From Somniosus microcephalus (taxonomy: Eukaryota): DNA of 64,000 bases. The position numbers and the translations under genes are program-made. This document shows positions 38,138 through 52,900 of the stretch, piece after piece. The stretch spans positions 22,382,001 to 22,446,000 of the forward strand of contig CM126234.1 of NCBI GenBank assembly GCA_052327205.1, in the 5' to 3' direction. Under the pieces are notes generated by a model. That model was not told the origin of the DNA. It worked only from the letters and a program-made list of their open reading frames with translations, and searched no databases. The number at the start of each line of letters is the position of its first letter. Within the stretch, counting starts at the first letter, position 1.

Positions 38138-40350
38138 TGGTGTCCAAAACTTTTTAAAGGGCGATACAGAAGACGGAAAAGAAATTGAAGCCAGGAGAGC
38201 AATTTCCTACAACTCCATGTGCTTTTCATCAAAACTGATCAAAATATTTTTTTTTGTTTTACTGTATCCTTCGCTGTGTAATTGTATCAATCGACGAGTC
38301 ACTTAAAATGGAAAATTAAAATGTTAAAGCGCAAAGAATGCAACTACCAGACGTTTCTGTGAACCTTTTATCAAACATACCATCGATAGCAAGTCTAGAA
38401 ATGGTAGCTAATGTTGCCAGCAACTTGAAAAACCTTAAAGAATGTGCAAAAAAAAAATCACATTTCATTAAGTAGCCAAAAGATGTCAGAACTGTAGCAC
38501 TAATTACCCATATGAGCAGAGAAGCACTGAAATTACTTAATGGTCTTCGGTTTGAGACAGATAAAGGCAAGATTGATGTAAAGGTTGTTGAAACAATTTT
38601 GTGTTGAAAAGACTAATGCAAATTCTGAAAGCTATATATTCAACAATTGGGAACAAGATCCTGATGAAGCAATAGTCGTATGTTGCCAATTTCTACAACT
38701 TAGCTAGAAGAAAGTCACATCAGAGACACCATTTATTGGGACACTGGTACTATGAAGACAATTTTACAAGAACTAAATCTAACATTGAAAACATTGACAT
38801 ATGTAAAGCTAGTGAATCAACAGCTAAGCAACTGAAAGAAAAGACGACCCAGGAAGAAGTTCAATATTTAGTCAAGCAAAAGGAGAAAATGACTCCAGAT
38901 GTAAAGCCCAACAAATTTTGAATTGAATAGACTGTAAATACTATGGAAAATATCATGCTATATCAGAAAGAAAGAAGCCTGTCTTGGGTCAGAAGTGCAA
39001 TACATGTAAAGAACCGAAGTATTTCTCAGCCAAGTGTCCAAAGTCCAGAGGTCGGAACAAAGGCAGTCTTCAGTAGATGAAACTAATTGTGGCTTAGATG
39101 AAGATCACATCTCTTGCATGAAGTTATTGGACCTGTAGAAGATCAATATCCTAACAAATTATGTGTCAACATGCTCTTAAGCAACAAGTGAATCAGATTT
39201 CAGCTAGCTGTGCTTTTATTGTCAATGTTCTACCTGAGAATCAATACCTGAGACTGATGATCCAAGTGGTAGAGAGCTTCAGAAATCTAACACTTCTCAC
39301 GTTAAAAAAAAAAAGAAATTAAACCATTGGGGGGGAAAAAATGAGTCATTGTCAGAAACTCCAAGAAATACAGCACTGAGTTTCAAATATTACCAACTAC
39401 ATGTGGACTTGCTTTGGGTGCTAGTCATTCAGCAAATGCAACTTGGTGATTCATGAGAACAGTATGATAAACTCGCAAAACAAAATATATTGTCCAAGTA
39501 GTAGGATGTCTTCAAAGGAGAAGGAAAGTTGGGCACTCTGCACTGTCAAGTTGATCTCAAGATGCCAGTTGCCAGCCAGGAAACTTCCTCCAGCTGTAAG
39601 AGAACGTGTCAAGAAGCGCATTAATGAGCTTGTTGACAGGAAGTGTCCTGATTTATTGTACCTCTTCAATGATGGTAGTGAAAGCAAATGATTACGTGTG
39701 CCTGTGCGTCGATCCAAAGCCACTTAACAAAACTTCTGTACGTGAGGTTCTCTCTGAATCAGCCAAAGTGAAGTTATTCACGGCTGTGGATACAAAGAAT
39801 GGGTTTTATATTATATAAGATGAAGAATTGAGTCTGCTCACTCCCTTTTCCATACCTTTTGAAAGGTACAGATGGTTGCACATGCCTTTTGGAATCTATC
39901 CAGCTCCTGAGGAATTTCCGAGAAGACTTCATGAGGCAGTTGAAACTGGGAAGACGTGACGCATGACATTTTAATCTATGGTACAAATTTGATGTCTGCA
40001 AGAGAGGCAAGGAACTGTTTATTGCCAATGCACATCACTGGCCAGGAAGGTTGACAAGGAAGCCATGTTAATTGGCTACGTTCGGAAACAAAGAGATTGA
40101 AACCATAAATATGCTGCAATATTACCAGTCCGGCTAAGAAAAAGAGATGAAATACAGAGTTCCACATTGGAATCCAAGAATGTCTTCGGAGAGTTAGAGA
40201 AGTGGCACAGCACTGCCAGTCACACTCAAGATTATGACGGCATTGAATTTTTTTTGTTTTGCCTCATGGCGTTTCCGGGGGCCATCCCTGAGGAGTTGTC
40301 AGCTGTTAAATCCATCCAGCAAACATTGGTAAATGAAGCGTTCTCCTGAA
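38138..40350 (+). mobile_element. Degenerate Ty3/Gypsy LTR retrotransposon internal region (gag-pol relic)
   Basis: Zinc-knuckle remnant CNTCKEPKYFSAKC. RT remnants PARKLPPAVRERVK, CVDPKPLNK, FTAVDTKNGFY and YRWLHMPFGIYPAPEEF. Many stops. Confidence 0.8.
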
Positions 40351-40841
40351 AGTAGCTTACTCATTCCCATTCTTCCTACCATCTTATTAATCCCCTGGAG
40401 TTAAATAGCATTCACCCACATGGGTACACTCCTCAAATGGGATCAGATCTTGGAAGGCTGCTTCTGTCTCTCAAAGTGCAGACATAACTCTTCTATTGTG
40501 TGCTGAGTTCTCTTACAAAGAAAGAAACAGCAATAGATAGGTGATGATGTCTGCATAGACATACACCCAGCACATGCCCACAATATGCAAAGCCCTTGAA
40601 TTCAGAAATATGGGCAGGTTCAGGTACTTTAGCGCAGAGCACATGGGGTGGTGTAATATTGGGGGCCACATCTTCAGACTCTGAAGTCTTTTCTTGTTTG
40701 TTACCAACTGACCTGCAATAACAAGCACTTACAGCACTATACCAGGTGGAACCTTTACATACTATGCCATTGGTGGATTTGTAATATATTCATCATTATG
40801 ATTAGTTGTTCTGCAGAATCACATTTTAGATACACATCTTA

Positions 40842-41515
40842 GGAATATAGAAACAGGAGTAGGCCATTCACCTCCTCGAGCTGGTTCTGTTACTCAATTA
40901 GATCATGGATGATCTGTACCCAAGCTCCATTTACTTACCTTTTCGCTGTATCCTTAATTAACAAAAATGTTGAATATTGAATCTCAGTCTTGAAAATTTC
41001 AATTTTAGGGAGAGAGTTCCAGATTTACACTACCCTTTGTGTGGGGAAAAAATGCTTCCTGACTTCACTCCAAACTGGTCCAGCTCTAATTTTAAGATTG
41101 TGCCCCCTTGTTTTGCATTCCCCCACAAGAGTAAATAGTTTCTCCTGTATCGACCCTATCGAATCCCTTTCTCACTTCGAGACCTTCAACCTTCTAAACT
41201 GAAGTGAATACAAACCACGTTTATGCAACCTGTCATCATTTAATCCTTTTAGCCCCGGTATCATTCTGGTGAACCTGTGGTGTACCTGCTCCAAGGGCAA
41301 TATTATCCGTCCTGAGGTGTGGTGCCCAGAACTGAACGCGGTTACTCCCAGATAGGGCCTAACCAGAGCTTTATACAACTGAAGCCTCACTTCCTCCCCT
41401 CTGTATTCCAGACCCCTTGAGAGAAAGGCCAACATTCCATTAGCTTTTTGGACCTGTCCACTAGCTTTTAGTGATTTGCGTACATAGACACCTAAACCCC
41501 TTTGCTCCTTCACAG
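40842..41515 (-). mobile_element. CR1 LINE 3' fragment
   Basis: ORF 41172-41513, KANGMLAFLSRGLEYR...LVRP. Confidence 0.88.
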
Positions 41516-43389
41516 CTGTGTCTTTTTTTTGGTAAGCGTATCCTATGTAAGCAAAGATGCCACAGTTTTTACGATTTGGAGCAACTGTTTTTTTAAACTA
41601 ATTACCACCATCTTTCACTTCTGCTAGCCACAGGGAGATATTTTATTTGGACAATGTACCAATAATGCTTGTCCAAAAGCATCTGTAACAGAGGGGGAAG
41701 AATAGCTCTGGTCACTATGTGCCGTGAGATGGTAAAATGCTGTTTACAATTTTGCTACACACAGCGACCAGCATTTCTTCTGTCACGGTTCTTAATGGAA
41801 TCACTTTTCCTACATGACATGAAGTACAAATGTTTTGAGGTACATTTATGAATGGCACTTCAGAATGTTCAATATTACATTCAATAATTTGATAAATTCA
41901 GTGGAAAAATAGAGTCTTCTCTTTGAGAAAACTATGACATCAACTCCATCAGTAAAATGCACTGATTACTTTCATCTCTGCTTATTGATTATTAATTTCT
42001 TTCAATGCACATCATCTTTGTCTTGCATAATCTGATGAAGTTCATTGGAGAAGTTTTGAACTTCAGGTGGTATAGTGGGTTGGAGCACCACTGTTGTGGC
42101 ATTACGGAGTGGCAGGATTCAGGGTTACTGTAAGTTTGCAGTCTTGGCCATGCTGCTGTGGCAAGATGCCAAGCTGAGGCCAGGCATCTCTCCACAGAGA
42201 AGGGGATGAAGAGCATAGGAAAAATATTTGGCACCCAACTCGAGAGCAACATAGGCACACAAGCCTGGGAATAGCCAATCTCAGCTGTAGGAGATCCGTG
42301 CTGCAGGAAGATTAGGGAGATTTTTTAAAAAATGAATGAAATTAGTGAATAATAAAAAGAAGTTCTGGACTTTATTTTGTTGAGCCTTGAATTTTCTTAA
42401 TTTGAAGTTTTGAATAATGGCACATCACACTGGAGTGGCAAGACTCGTGTTCATGCCTGTGATTCTCCACATAGTGAATTCCCAATCTCCGTCCTGTCTG
42501 CCTGGAGAGGTGCCAAGTTAGAAGATCAGGTGGTTCCCTGTTAAGTGGGAGGGGAAATCTGGAGGCAGTCATCCTCAGGGCTGCCCTGGAGCACCTTCTA
42601 GTGGCTAGTTATGGAGCAACAATGGATAGAGGCCTTGGATCAGGCTTGCTGCCTGACTTCTCAGCCAGAGTATGGTGCGTGGTCCAGGGAGACCAAGAAA
42701 GGGGAAGCTGGGAGATAATAACTATAATACAAAAAAACTATATCCAACAACTATTTGACATTTTATCCTTAACATTCTAATGGCTGTCACAGAATACAAT
42801 TTAATAGCAGTTAAATGAGGACAAAGTGTGAAATATCCATATATTTTTGTAATTTGTTTTGGAGCTTGATTCCACTCAGCTGTGCTTTTGCCTACTATCT
42901 AGCGATATGCATTGCAAAGAGCTTGTGAAGCCCCTTGAATATGCAGGAAATGGCATAAAGATGCTGTTCTGTGACTTGCATGCGTACTTCAATCACCACT
43001 GCAGAATGTCCGCTTCCAAACAGCTTGTAAGACTGCACGCTCAGCTGTTAACTTTACCATTGGCCCGCTTATTCACAAGTAAAGTTGGAACGACAGGGTT
43101 TAAGCTGAGCAACAGAAGGATGTGAGCTAACTCATTTAAGAAAATGACGGCAATAGTTTTTTTTTTAAGATCAAATGGCAGGATCACAAATATCTGTATG
43201 GATTCCTGGATCAATCACGCAAGCAGTTTTGTAACTACAAATCAGTCAAAGCTAACAGACCTACGGTATAGTACTTGACTATGCAGTTAGGCGACAGCAG
43301 CTTAAACCCTGACCTAAAATCCCTGGTGTATGGTCTAACAGAAGTTTCTCTTTACACTGATATTTTTTTCTCTCTGCGTCCTTGTGCAG

Positions 43390-43674
43390 GTTGTTGTCAA
43401 CGCCTTGGTGGGTGCCATCCCTTCCATAATGAACGTACTGCTGGTCTGTCTCATCTTCTGGCTCATTTTCAGCATAATGGGAGTGAACCTTTTTGCTGGA
43501 AAGTATTATTACTGTTTTAATGAAACATCAGAATATAGGTTTCTCCCCAGTGAAGTAAACAACAAGACAGATTGTGAGAATATGATGAGCCCAACCAATG
43601 ATAAAATTCGATGGAAGAATGTAAAGATTAACTTTGATAATGTTGGTGCTGGATATCTGGCTTTGCTGCAAGTG
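43390..43674 (+). CDS. scn8a: Nav exon, DIII S5 and extracellular loop ([16 protein letters not shown]...YLALLQV)
   Basis: gtgcag|...|gtaagt; 285 bp. Confidence 0.97.
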
Positions 43675-44661
43675 GTAAGTGTCTTTTGTATTTCGTTACT
43701 GCTAATCGTTTTTTTGTGTGAATATTTGTGCTCAACAACAATTGGCGCCTTTAACGTAGTGAAAGGTCTCATCAAGGTAAGGGAAGGTAGTCCTGGGAAT
43801 AGAATACTTTCCATCTCTGCCACCCATTGCCAGCATCAGGCAGTGCTCGGTCAGGTAATGTATGGATCAATGAAGATGGGAGGGCCCGATGCTCTGCCTC
43901 AGGAACGCGCCTCAATTCCAATTTCAGAAGGGCACCGGCCGCCCATCCCATCCTCAAACGCAGCAGGGGGCTCATTGAAAATTGCAGATGCACTGCCCAT
44001 GATATTCCTTCTATAAACTGAGAGTATTACAATGGGGGAAAAAATCAATAATGTTTGAGGAACCTACTTTGCCAAACCTTTACTTGTTATATATGGTAGC
44101 CTTGAGATTTGCTTGATTTTTCTTCTGTAGGAGTTAGGGGAGTGGAGTGGAAAAAGGTGCAACTTTGCAGAACCTTAATTTAAGGAATTAAGTGGGTTGG
44201 GTCAAGTGTTTGACCGAGCAAATTGTACATGATCTGTGGAAGGAGTAGGTTTGATGGGCTGAGTGTTCTCTCGTTTTGTTCAGTACTTCTTGTGGTGCTT
44301 TGAATAACAGATACATTTTAAGGGCAAACCCACCAATCTCACACTCCCAGCAGGGAGTCTCGCTTAAAGGGAACTTGGGTTGCAGAATTGTTACAATGTT
44401 GTCCTTTCTCCAACCCACATTCACTTCAAGCCAGCTTCCCACTGGCAGTGCAGGATTGATGAATTTACCCTTAAATTACATTTCTTAATAAAAGAAACCG
44501 TAGATTTCATTGAACATGAAACTAATATGGTAAACTTAATGTGAGACTATTTACATTACCGCGATCTCCTATATTGGAAACATTTAAAATTCTGTTCATC
44601 ATAGTGCAAAAAAGTTGAATGCAGTATATTATTGACTGGGTCTTAATTTTACTATTTCAAG

Positions 44662-44715
44662 GCTACCTTCAAAGGTTGGATGGATATCATGTACGCAGCT
44701 GTTGATTCACGAAGG
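44662..44715 (+). CDS. scn8a: Nav exon, DIII P-loop ATFKGWMDIMYAAVDSRR (K of DEKA)
   Basis: ttcaag|...|gtaagt; 54 bp. Confidence 0.96.
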
Positions 44716-46231
44716 GTAAGTACAACAAAATGGATTGTGTATTTTCCACGACGACAGGGCATGTATTATATCCTGAGTTACCAGTATAAAGCATGTACCA
44801 GATTATGTCTCTTCTCCCCTCTCCTCCATTCCAGAGGTGTATTCCTGCAAGAAAACCAGGGACGAAGCTTCCCAATTAGGTAAAATCACTTAGCCACACA
44901 AGCCAGAAATGCTCAGGTTTGATTGCAGGTGTGTGCTGAGTCAGCTGATCTTAGGCGAGACACCAGTTGCGGCACTATACATCATCTTGATGTCTTGGAC
45001 TAGGGAAGCATAAAATCAGCCAGGGTTTCTGTTCCTGCTGGATAAATAGTACTGTTCGTGCGAGTGAAAATCACCAAGGCGCTGAATTCTATACATCAGG
45101 GTTATTCCAGTCAAGCACAAGGATTGTCCTTGAGCTCTTGGTTGGTATTTTGAAGCAGTGTTCAGGATATTTGGACCTATCAAATGTGGTGTTATAGTAC
45201 AATCCCCACGTGATTTTTTTTAAAATTTGTTCATGGGATGTGGGTGTCGCTGGCAAGGCCAGCATTTATTGCCCATCCTTAATTGCCCTTGAGAAGGTGG
45301 TGGTGAGCCGCCTTCTTGAACTGCTGCAGTCCATGTGGTGAAGGTACTCCCACAGTGCTGTTAGGGAGGGAGTTCCAGGATTTGATCCATCAACGATAAC
45401 TTAACTCTTCAAAGAGGCCTCGCCATGGATGATGAGAAGCATCCACAAGTCACAGCAGACCAGGAAGTGAAGAGTAAAGATGAGCAACCAGTTGCAGAAC
45501 ATCCAGTGCAGTAAGGTAGACCAGTATGGCAATACCTTGTAGCTGATGCCTTTCATTAAGTCCTGCAGATGTGACCTTAAAAAAGGCACTTCTCCATTAT
45601 GATGTATCTAGATATCATACCATAGCTGTTGATGAGGTCATGCTCCCTTGAGGGTCTTCTAGGAGCAGTAGTTAGTGAAGATGACATTTTAGTTTAGAGG
45701 TCTGACCTTGAGTGCCTAGTTTCTATTGGGCACAGTGAAATAATTACCCATTACAGTTGAAGTCTTTATAAAATTTGAAGTATTGGTACAATTGTGTGTG
45801 CAGTGAATGTGTTCATTGTGATGTCCCATTGTGTTTTATCCTTATGCCTGTTGCATTAATGTGACATTGGATACCAACCTATGACTGCTGAATGATTCCC
45901 TATTAGAATGAGTAGATATGCTGGATGGCTGTGAGGTTTCTCTGAACCCCACTTAGTGTTGTGATGGCCCAATATCTCAGTGCTATGATTCTGCATCTCA
46001 GTCAGCTGTGCCTGATGCTGTTTTAGCTGCTTGAACCTGCATGCTTTCTGGCACACTTACAGTCTCTTGTGCAAAGTCAATTGATGGCTTTGTTATGGCA
46101 TCGATGTGAGAGCTAACTTCCTGATCCACAACGATTGTGTGCCGATGGGGTGCTCCTGCTGGAGAGCACTCTCTCAATAGGACCACTAATGTGTCTGAGT
46201 GTAGAATAGTGGACATCGATGAAGATCTGTA

Positions 46232-49200
46232 GTCAGGGGGGTAGATCCAGAGTCCGAATGGTATGTTGCTTCCCAGGTGTCAGGGTTTGGGACATCACAG
46301 AGTGAATACAAATGGTTCTGGAATGGAAGGGTGAGTAGCCAGCGGTCGTGGTCCATGTGGGAACCAATGACCTAGATAGGGGTAGATTCAAGGTTCTGCA
46401 AAAGAGATTTCAAGGAGCTAAATTCTAGATTAAGGAACAGAAACTCCAAGGTAGTAATCTCTGGATTACTCCCAGTGCCACACGCTGGACCAGAGAGGGA
46501 GAGAAAGATTCGGATTGTCAATGCGTGGCTGGAAGGATGGTGTAGAAAGGAGGGTGTCAGATTCCTGGGACGCTGGGTCCACTTTTGGGGCCCGGGATGG
46601 CTATACATACCGGATGGCCTTTGCCTAAACCGGAGAGGCACCCGTATCCTAGCAGAAAGGGTGAATAGGACAGTAGGGAAAGATTCAAATTCGTTAGGTG
46701 GACGGGAGGGGAAAATCCACACAATAGATCAAAGTGTGAGAAAAGGCCCATCAGGATATATGGGCAGGGTGGTGACAAGTTACCCAGATAAGAGTTCCGT
46801 ACACAAATGCACGTAGCATAAGAAATAAAACAAATGAGTTGGAAGCACAAATTCAGCTTAAAGGGTATGATGTAGTAGCCATTAGAGAGACCTGGCTACA
46901 AGTTGGGCATGATTGGGAGCTAAATGTTCCAGGCTATAGGATCTTTAGAAAGGACAGGGAAATTGGAAAGGAGGGGGATTAGCAATATTGATAAAAGACA
47001 CAATTATCGCAGTAAAAAGAAGGGTATTCGGTAAGGGTGACCAGGCAGTGGAAACACAATGGGTAGAGTTGAGGAACAACAAAGGATGCAAGACTGTGGT
47101 AGGAGTTGTCTACAGACCTTCTGATAGTTGTAATGTAGTGGTGGGATGTATAAATACCGAGATCAGGGAAGCATGTAGCAAAAACAATGTGGTTATAATA
47201 GGAGATTGTAATTTTCACATTGACTGAGAGACGCAGAATAGCTCAAGTAGTAATAGAGAGAATATATTTGGGACAGTTTTCTCGGACAATGGCCCGTAAT
47301 TTGCGGTCAGCGGCAAAGCAAAGGTGTTTGCTGCTGGCCCCGAAGTAAGCTTCCCACAAAGATCTCGCAATCTTTGTGGCGAGAAGTTCGGCTTTTCCGG
47401 CGTGCAGTTGAAATCAGCGTAGTTTAGCGGGAATTCCACAGTGCGAGCTGCTGCGACGTCAACAAGCTGTCTAAGCAGCCAATCACAATGCAGAATTCTC
47501 ACAGACAGCGAACCAGGAAGTGAGCAAGCTCCGTTGATTCTAACTTTTAAAAAATGTTGTAGAGAGCAAAACAAAGATTGGGGCTCTCACGTGGGGGAAA
47601 AGGTAAACCTGAAATAAAGATGAACAAACTTTTAAAAACAATTTTAAAAAATTTAAATTGTCTTGAAAATTTTAATTTTTATTAAAATGGATACGTTTGA
47701 CACTCCACAAAATTAAAATTAATTTTTCAGGGCCTTAACCTTTGTTTAGCCGTCAACACGCTGTTAAAACCCCAGTTACATCGAATCCAAAAGGGTCGAA
47801 CTTTTAATGGGGTATTTCACAGCGATAATGGCCCAGAAATTCAGGTCGGGGGCTTCCCGCGGGTGCAAGCCCCCGACCTGCACTTACCTAGCGCACCGGC
47901 CGTTGAGCTGTGGGCCCCCGTGGAATTGCGATCCTGGGCCTCCTCCAACTGCCGGCGCACAGTGCTTGCGTATCCCAGGGGCGCAGTTAGTTCGATGCGT
48001 CCCCTGGGATCACGTGGGCTATGGGGAGCCAATGGTAGCAGGGAATGCTTCATTCATAAGTTTGACAGGACCTGTCAAACCTATAAATACTATAAGCCCC
48101 AAAATATCACTAAATCTTCAAATAATTTTTTTTTTAAATCACATTTTTAAAATAAACTATAAATTACATGAAATAACTATTTTAAACAATAATTTAAATT
48201 TTTGAAAAAATTAATTACCTTTTCTAACGGGGCTAAAAATAAACTTACCTTTCTTTAAAGTATTTAAAAATAATAAACCTGTGGGAAAAAATGTTTTAAT
48301 TTGAATTAATTCACCACTTACCTTGTAAAAAGCAGGCCTTGCGACTGCTTTTTACATGTCTAACTTCTGGAGACTTACCCTCCTGGGAAAACCTGCAAAA
48401 AAAAAAACGTAAGTTCGATGCGCACGCGCTGCCTCTCCTGCGCACGCGTTCGACCTCTGAACCCCTTCTTTCAGGGGAACGGAAGTGCCGGTTTCCCGCA
48501 CATGCGCAGTGCATGCAGGACACCGGCACTTCCATTGGGCTTACGGGTGAGTACCCCATGCGTACTCACCCGTGGAGACCCGAATTTCTGGGCCATTATC
48601 AGGGAAGCGCCAAGGTTTTCATCAGTTTCACTGATTTCCCTGATTACACTGATTGCCGGCTGTGGGGAGGGGGGTGCCACAGCGCAGCCAGTGTCGGAGC
48701 AGTGAATGACTGACTGCAACTTCAGGATTTCCACATTGGGATGCGCATGCGCTACACACTGAAGTTGCGGTCAGTTTCAAAGGGGTAGTAACAGCGAACG
48801 CTGTTCGTTCACTGTTATTATCCACCGCAAATTCCAGGCCAACATGTTTTAGAACTGACAAGGGAACAGACTCTACTAAACTTAGTTATGAGTAACAAAT
48901 CAGGATTAGTTAATAATCTGAAGGTAAGGGAGCATCTTGCAAATACAGTAGTTACGATATGATTGAATTTGATATTAGGTTTGAGAGGACGAATCAAGAA
49001 TCACAAACCGAGGTTTTAAACTTAAGGCAAACTTTGAAGGGATGAGAAATGAATTGACCACAGTAAACTGGGCTGTGCTGTTAATGGGTAAACCTACAGA
49101 CAGTGGGATGTATTCAGAGAAGTAATTGGTACAATACAACACCCTAAAAGGCAAAAGCTTCATTTGTGTAGTTGAGCAAGCATGGTCAACAAATGAGGTA

Positions 49201-49995
49201 AGAGTTTAATGTGGGGAAGTGTGAGGTCGTCCACTTCAGATCTGAGAAAGACAGATTGGAATATTTTCTTAATGTTGAGAGACTAGAAGCTGTGGCGGAG
49301 CGAAGGGATTTACATGCCCATGTACATGCATCACAAAAAATCTAGTGCATGGGTATAAAAAATAATCAGAAAGGTGAATGAAATGTTGGCCTTTACCTCA
49401 AGGGGGTTGGAATACAAAGGGGAAGATGTGATGCTTCAGTTGTACAGAGCTCTGGTTAGACCCCATCCAGAGCACCACGTTCAGTTCTGGGCACCGCACC
49501 TCAGGAAGAATATATGGACCTTGGAGCAGGTACAGCACAGATTCACCAGAATGATATCAGGGTTTAAGGGTTAAATTATGAGGACAGGTTGCATAAACTT
49601 GGGTTGTATTTCCTTGAGTTTAGAAGGTTGAGGGTTGATCTAACTGAGATGTTTAAAATGTTAAAAGGATTCGATAGAGTAGATAGAAGCTATTTCCTCT
49701 GGTGGAGGAGTCCAGAACAAGGGGGCATAACCTTAAAATGAGAGCCAGGCCGTTCGGGGGTGAAATCAGGAAGCACTTTTTCACACAAAGGGTGGTGGAA
49801 ATCTGGAACACTTTCCCCGAAAGGCTGTGGATCTTGAGTCAATTGCAATTTTTAAGACTGAGATTGATCATTTTTTGTTGGGTATCAAGAGATGTGGAGC
49901 AAAGGTAGGTAAATGGAGTTGAGATACAGATCAGCCATGATCTCATTGAATGGCAGAACAGACTCAAGGGGCTGAATAGTTTACTTCTGTTCCTG
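46232..49995 (+). mobile_element. Decayed CR1 retaining ORF1 (SGNH esterase-like), endonuclease and RT end; interrupted at 47291-48840
   Basis: VVVHVGTND and NAWLEGWCRKEG..DGLCLNRRG (ORF1); ETWL, GVVYRP and IGDCN (APE endonuclease); LVRPHPEHHVQFWAP. Confidence 0.88.
47291..48840. mobile_element. Non-autonomous TIR element containing a nested related element (about 47830-48594)
   Basis: Outer TIRs ggcccgtaatttgcggt / accgcaaattccaggcc. Inner perfect IR gataatggcccagaaattc / gaatttctgggccattatc. Confidence 0.8.
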
Positions 49996-52900
49996 CCTTT
50001 CTCTGTTCCTACGTTTGTGAATCCTTGCTTCAGTGATGCAGTTGTTTTCAGTGAAACACTCGCACTATCCCAGACAACATTTCATCCATAACTGCATAGA
50101 TCTGGGTGGTGAACCCCTCTACAATTGTCCCCAGAGCTTGCAGCATGTGTTCCACATAGACAAGTGACTTGTGCAGATAACAATTTCCATTTGTAAGCAG
50201 GCCCTGTGAGTTTTGACTTTCAGGAGCTAAAGCAGGACCAGTAACTATGCCAGACTTCCACTGAGTGGGTAGCCGACCTTCTGTGGATAACATTTACTTT
50301 ACTTAACCCATCCACTGTGACTTGTCCTGTGCTTCCCCCCTTTAGACAGCTAACTAGATTCTCTGGGGTGTATGTATCTGTGCTGGTTCTTGGATGAAGT
50401 AGTGCTTGTGACATGTGATGCTACGAGGTATGGGCTTGCTCCGAGGCACTGGCTGCTTACGCACTCTGATGTACCATTTCTGTGGAAAGAAAAGTGTCAG
50501 GACTTTTGTTCAATTAACCAAATTGCAGCAACACTATCATTGAATGCCATTCTCTATATGTTGCTCAAGTTGAGTGTATGTCTACCTGACTATTATTCAG
50601 TAGGAAAACATTACACAATATGAACATTGTGGTACTAACCATATAGTCAGGGGCATTCCCTAACTTCAGTGTCTTCCATGCTCTCCCTGCCAATGATTTC
50701 TAATGTGGCCCCCTTGAAACTATCAAAGAGCTCTGTCGTCTCTCTTAACAGGCCAGCGTATATTTAGTAATGGTGATTGCATGCTATCTTGTTCTGCAAG
50801 TAGGGCAGAATTCAAACATTGAAAATACATAGAGCGCTGAAAATGTAACAAAGCAATGTAATCTGAGTGATATACTGGATGTTTAAAGGAAATTGGCATC
50901 ACCTTGCTTGGTTCACTTACAAGCCTTGATTGTACTGGTTTTCTCTCTAGTAACCTTCACGATTGCATCTTTGCTGTACTAATTCATCACATTCAAATCA
51001 ATGATTCATTCTCTTCGTTATCTCGTGACACCACTTGACTTGTTAACTTCCTCAGAATGTGTTTTTTCAGGGACAAGCAGTTTAAGGAGATGAACTTGTC
51101 AGAATTGACTTGCTTTCATTTCCATTTATGGCAGATGCATGTCATTGTACATTAATATTAATTGCTTAACATTGTGGCTTTCTTCAGGTCTGACATCTTT
51201 TGGACATCCTTCCAGGTCCGGCAAATTTGCAACACAACGTTCACTCTCTCCGCTATTTCCTGTTGTGCCTGGTGAACCAGCCACTCCTGGGGGCAGGAAC
51301 GCCCCTCCTTCCTGACAGTCTCTCAATTCCCCCCCACCAGATTCTCAAGCAATTTGGTCATCAAAATGGCATTTTCTTTGTCTCCTACACTATATTTCCG
51401 CTTCCAAATTGCTCTCCGAACAGCTGTATTCTGCTGACCGGTTTAAGTGGTTCGTCTGTGCTGCAAGCAGGTGCTGGGTAGCATTACTGCAGAGGACAGA
51501 TCTTCGGAACCCCCGCCCCCCCCCCGGCATGTTTATCAAAGTGAGGGATGTCAGTGCTGGACAATGGAACACTTTTCATATAAGCAGACCTCATATCCCC
51601 TAAGATCCAGAAGCTGCAGCCTTTCAGATTTCTGCCTCTTCAAGAACTTGTACCCTTCGGACTCACAGATCCAAGTTCATCAGTGCACCCTGCAGCCTCA
51701 CTCCACTCTTAGATACTCCAAACGACAGAAATACCAACACACCACACAAGTTAATTACATGCTCCAAATTGAGTTGCTAAGTTTATTCACAACAATATTA
51801 ATAAGTATAAGCACATTCCGAACGGCACAATTCTGTGCAATAAACGACGAGCTATGAATTCCCAGACCTTTGATGATACGCTCGGCAGTAAATGTTATGT
51901 AGGGGGAGAAATTCAATTCACATTGGTTTCCGGCACGAAATGAGTGCCATGTTCGGTACGCGCGCTTGCAAACGTTGGCCTGAGGCCCGATTGAAATTGG
52001 GCCACGGGCCTCATTGGCATTAAACAGTCGCGCTGCAGACGCCAATTGGGTGTCTCAACGGTGGTCAACAGCTGAAGCCTGAGCAATTCCAATCGGCCCG
52101 CAGGTAGCTTCTGGCGGGGGTGGGGGGCAGAATAGAGGGTGGTGGACCTGTGCCAGCAGTGGCCAACCGTATTTTTGTGGAGCCAGGAACAACACGCCTG
52201 CTCCTGGCTCCAGAGAAATGAAACTATTAAAAAGTTTTCCGACCGCTTATTGAGCAGCTTCCAGCGGTCCCTTTAAGAACCTCTGGTTACGCTGTTCTCG
52301 AGCACGCGTGGTGGCGTAAGCTCTGCCCATTTGCAGACCAGTTTTAATCAGGGTCCTACAACATGCATTAAGACTCCGATATGAATTTACAGGACACCAA
52401 ATGCCTGTTTCAGGTGGGCACCCTGCACACCTAGAAGTCGCTTGCTTCCAATTTGGCAGCTGGCACACTTTCAGGAAAGATTGGGAGCAGGAAATTGTGA
52501 CCCGAAATTGGTCCCCCCAACATTGGTGTTGAATAACGTCACTGAAATATTTCCCTTTTGATTTGTCCAAAGATCACGGTGAATTTGATGTAGACAGAAA
52601 AATGCAAATCTGTCTTGCTATGTGTTGTTTGCTCATCTGCCTCTCTGTCAATGTCTGTTTCGAAGTGAATTGAGCACAGAATAGGTATTGTTCAGGCCTC
52701 AGCAATGCGCCTACTCAATTAACATAGTAAACTAGTCTAAAGGTAAGAACAAAGAGTATTTACAGCACTCCAGATAGGCTGGCCATCTATCAACCATCTA
52801 GACACTTTTAAGTTAAATGGGGTAAGTGAAATATGTGCATGTATGAGGCTAGTTCTTCTCCAATCTAAAAGTACTCTGTGACAAGACCACCTAACCTACC

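Noticed and set aside
43675-44016. Open frame extending about 110 codons past the 43674 donor
   Set aside because: There is a perfect gtaagt donor at the conserved exon end, and the extension has no Nav similarity; a chance open frame.
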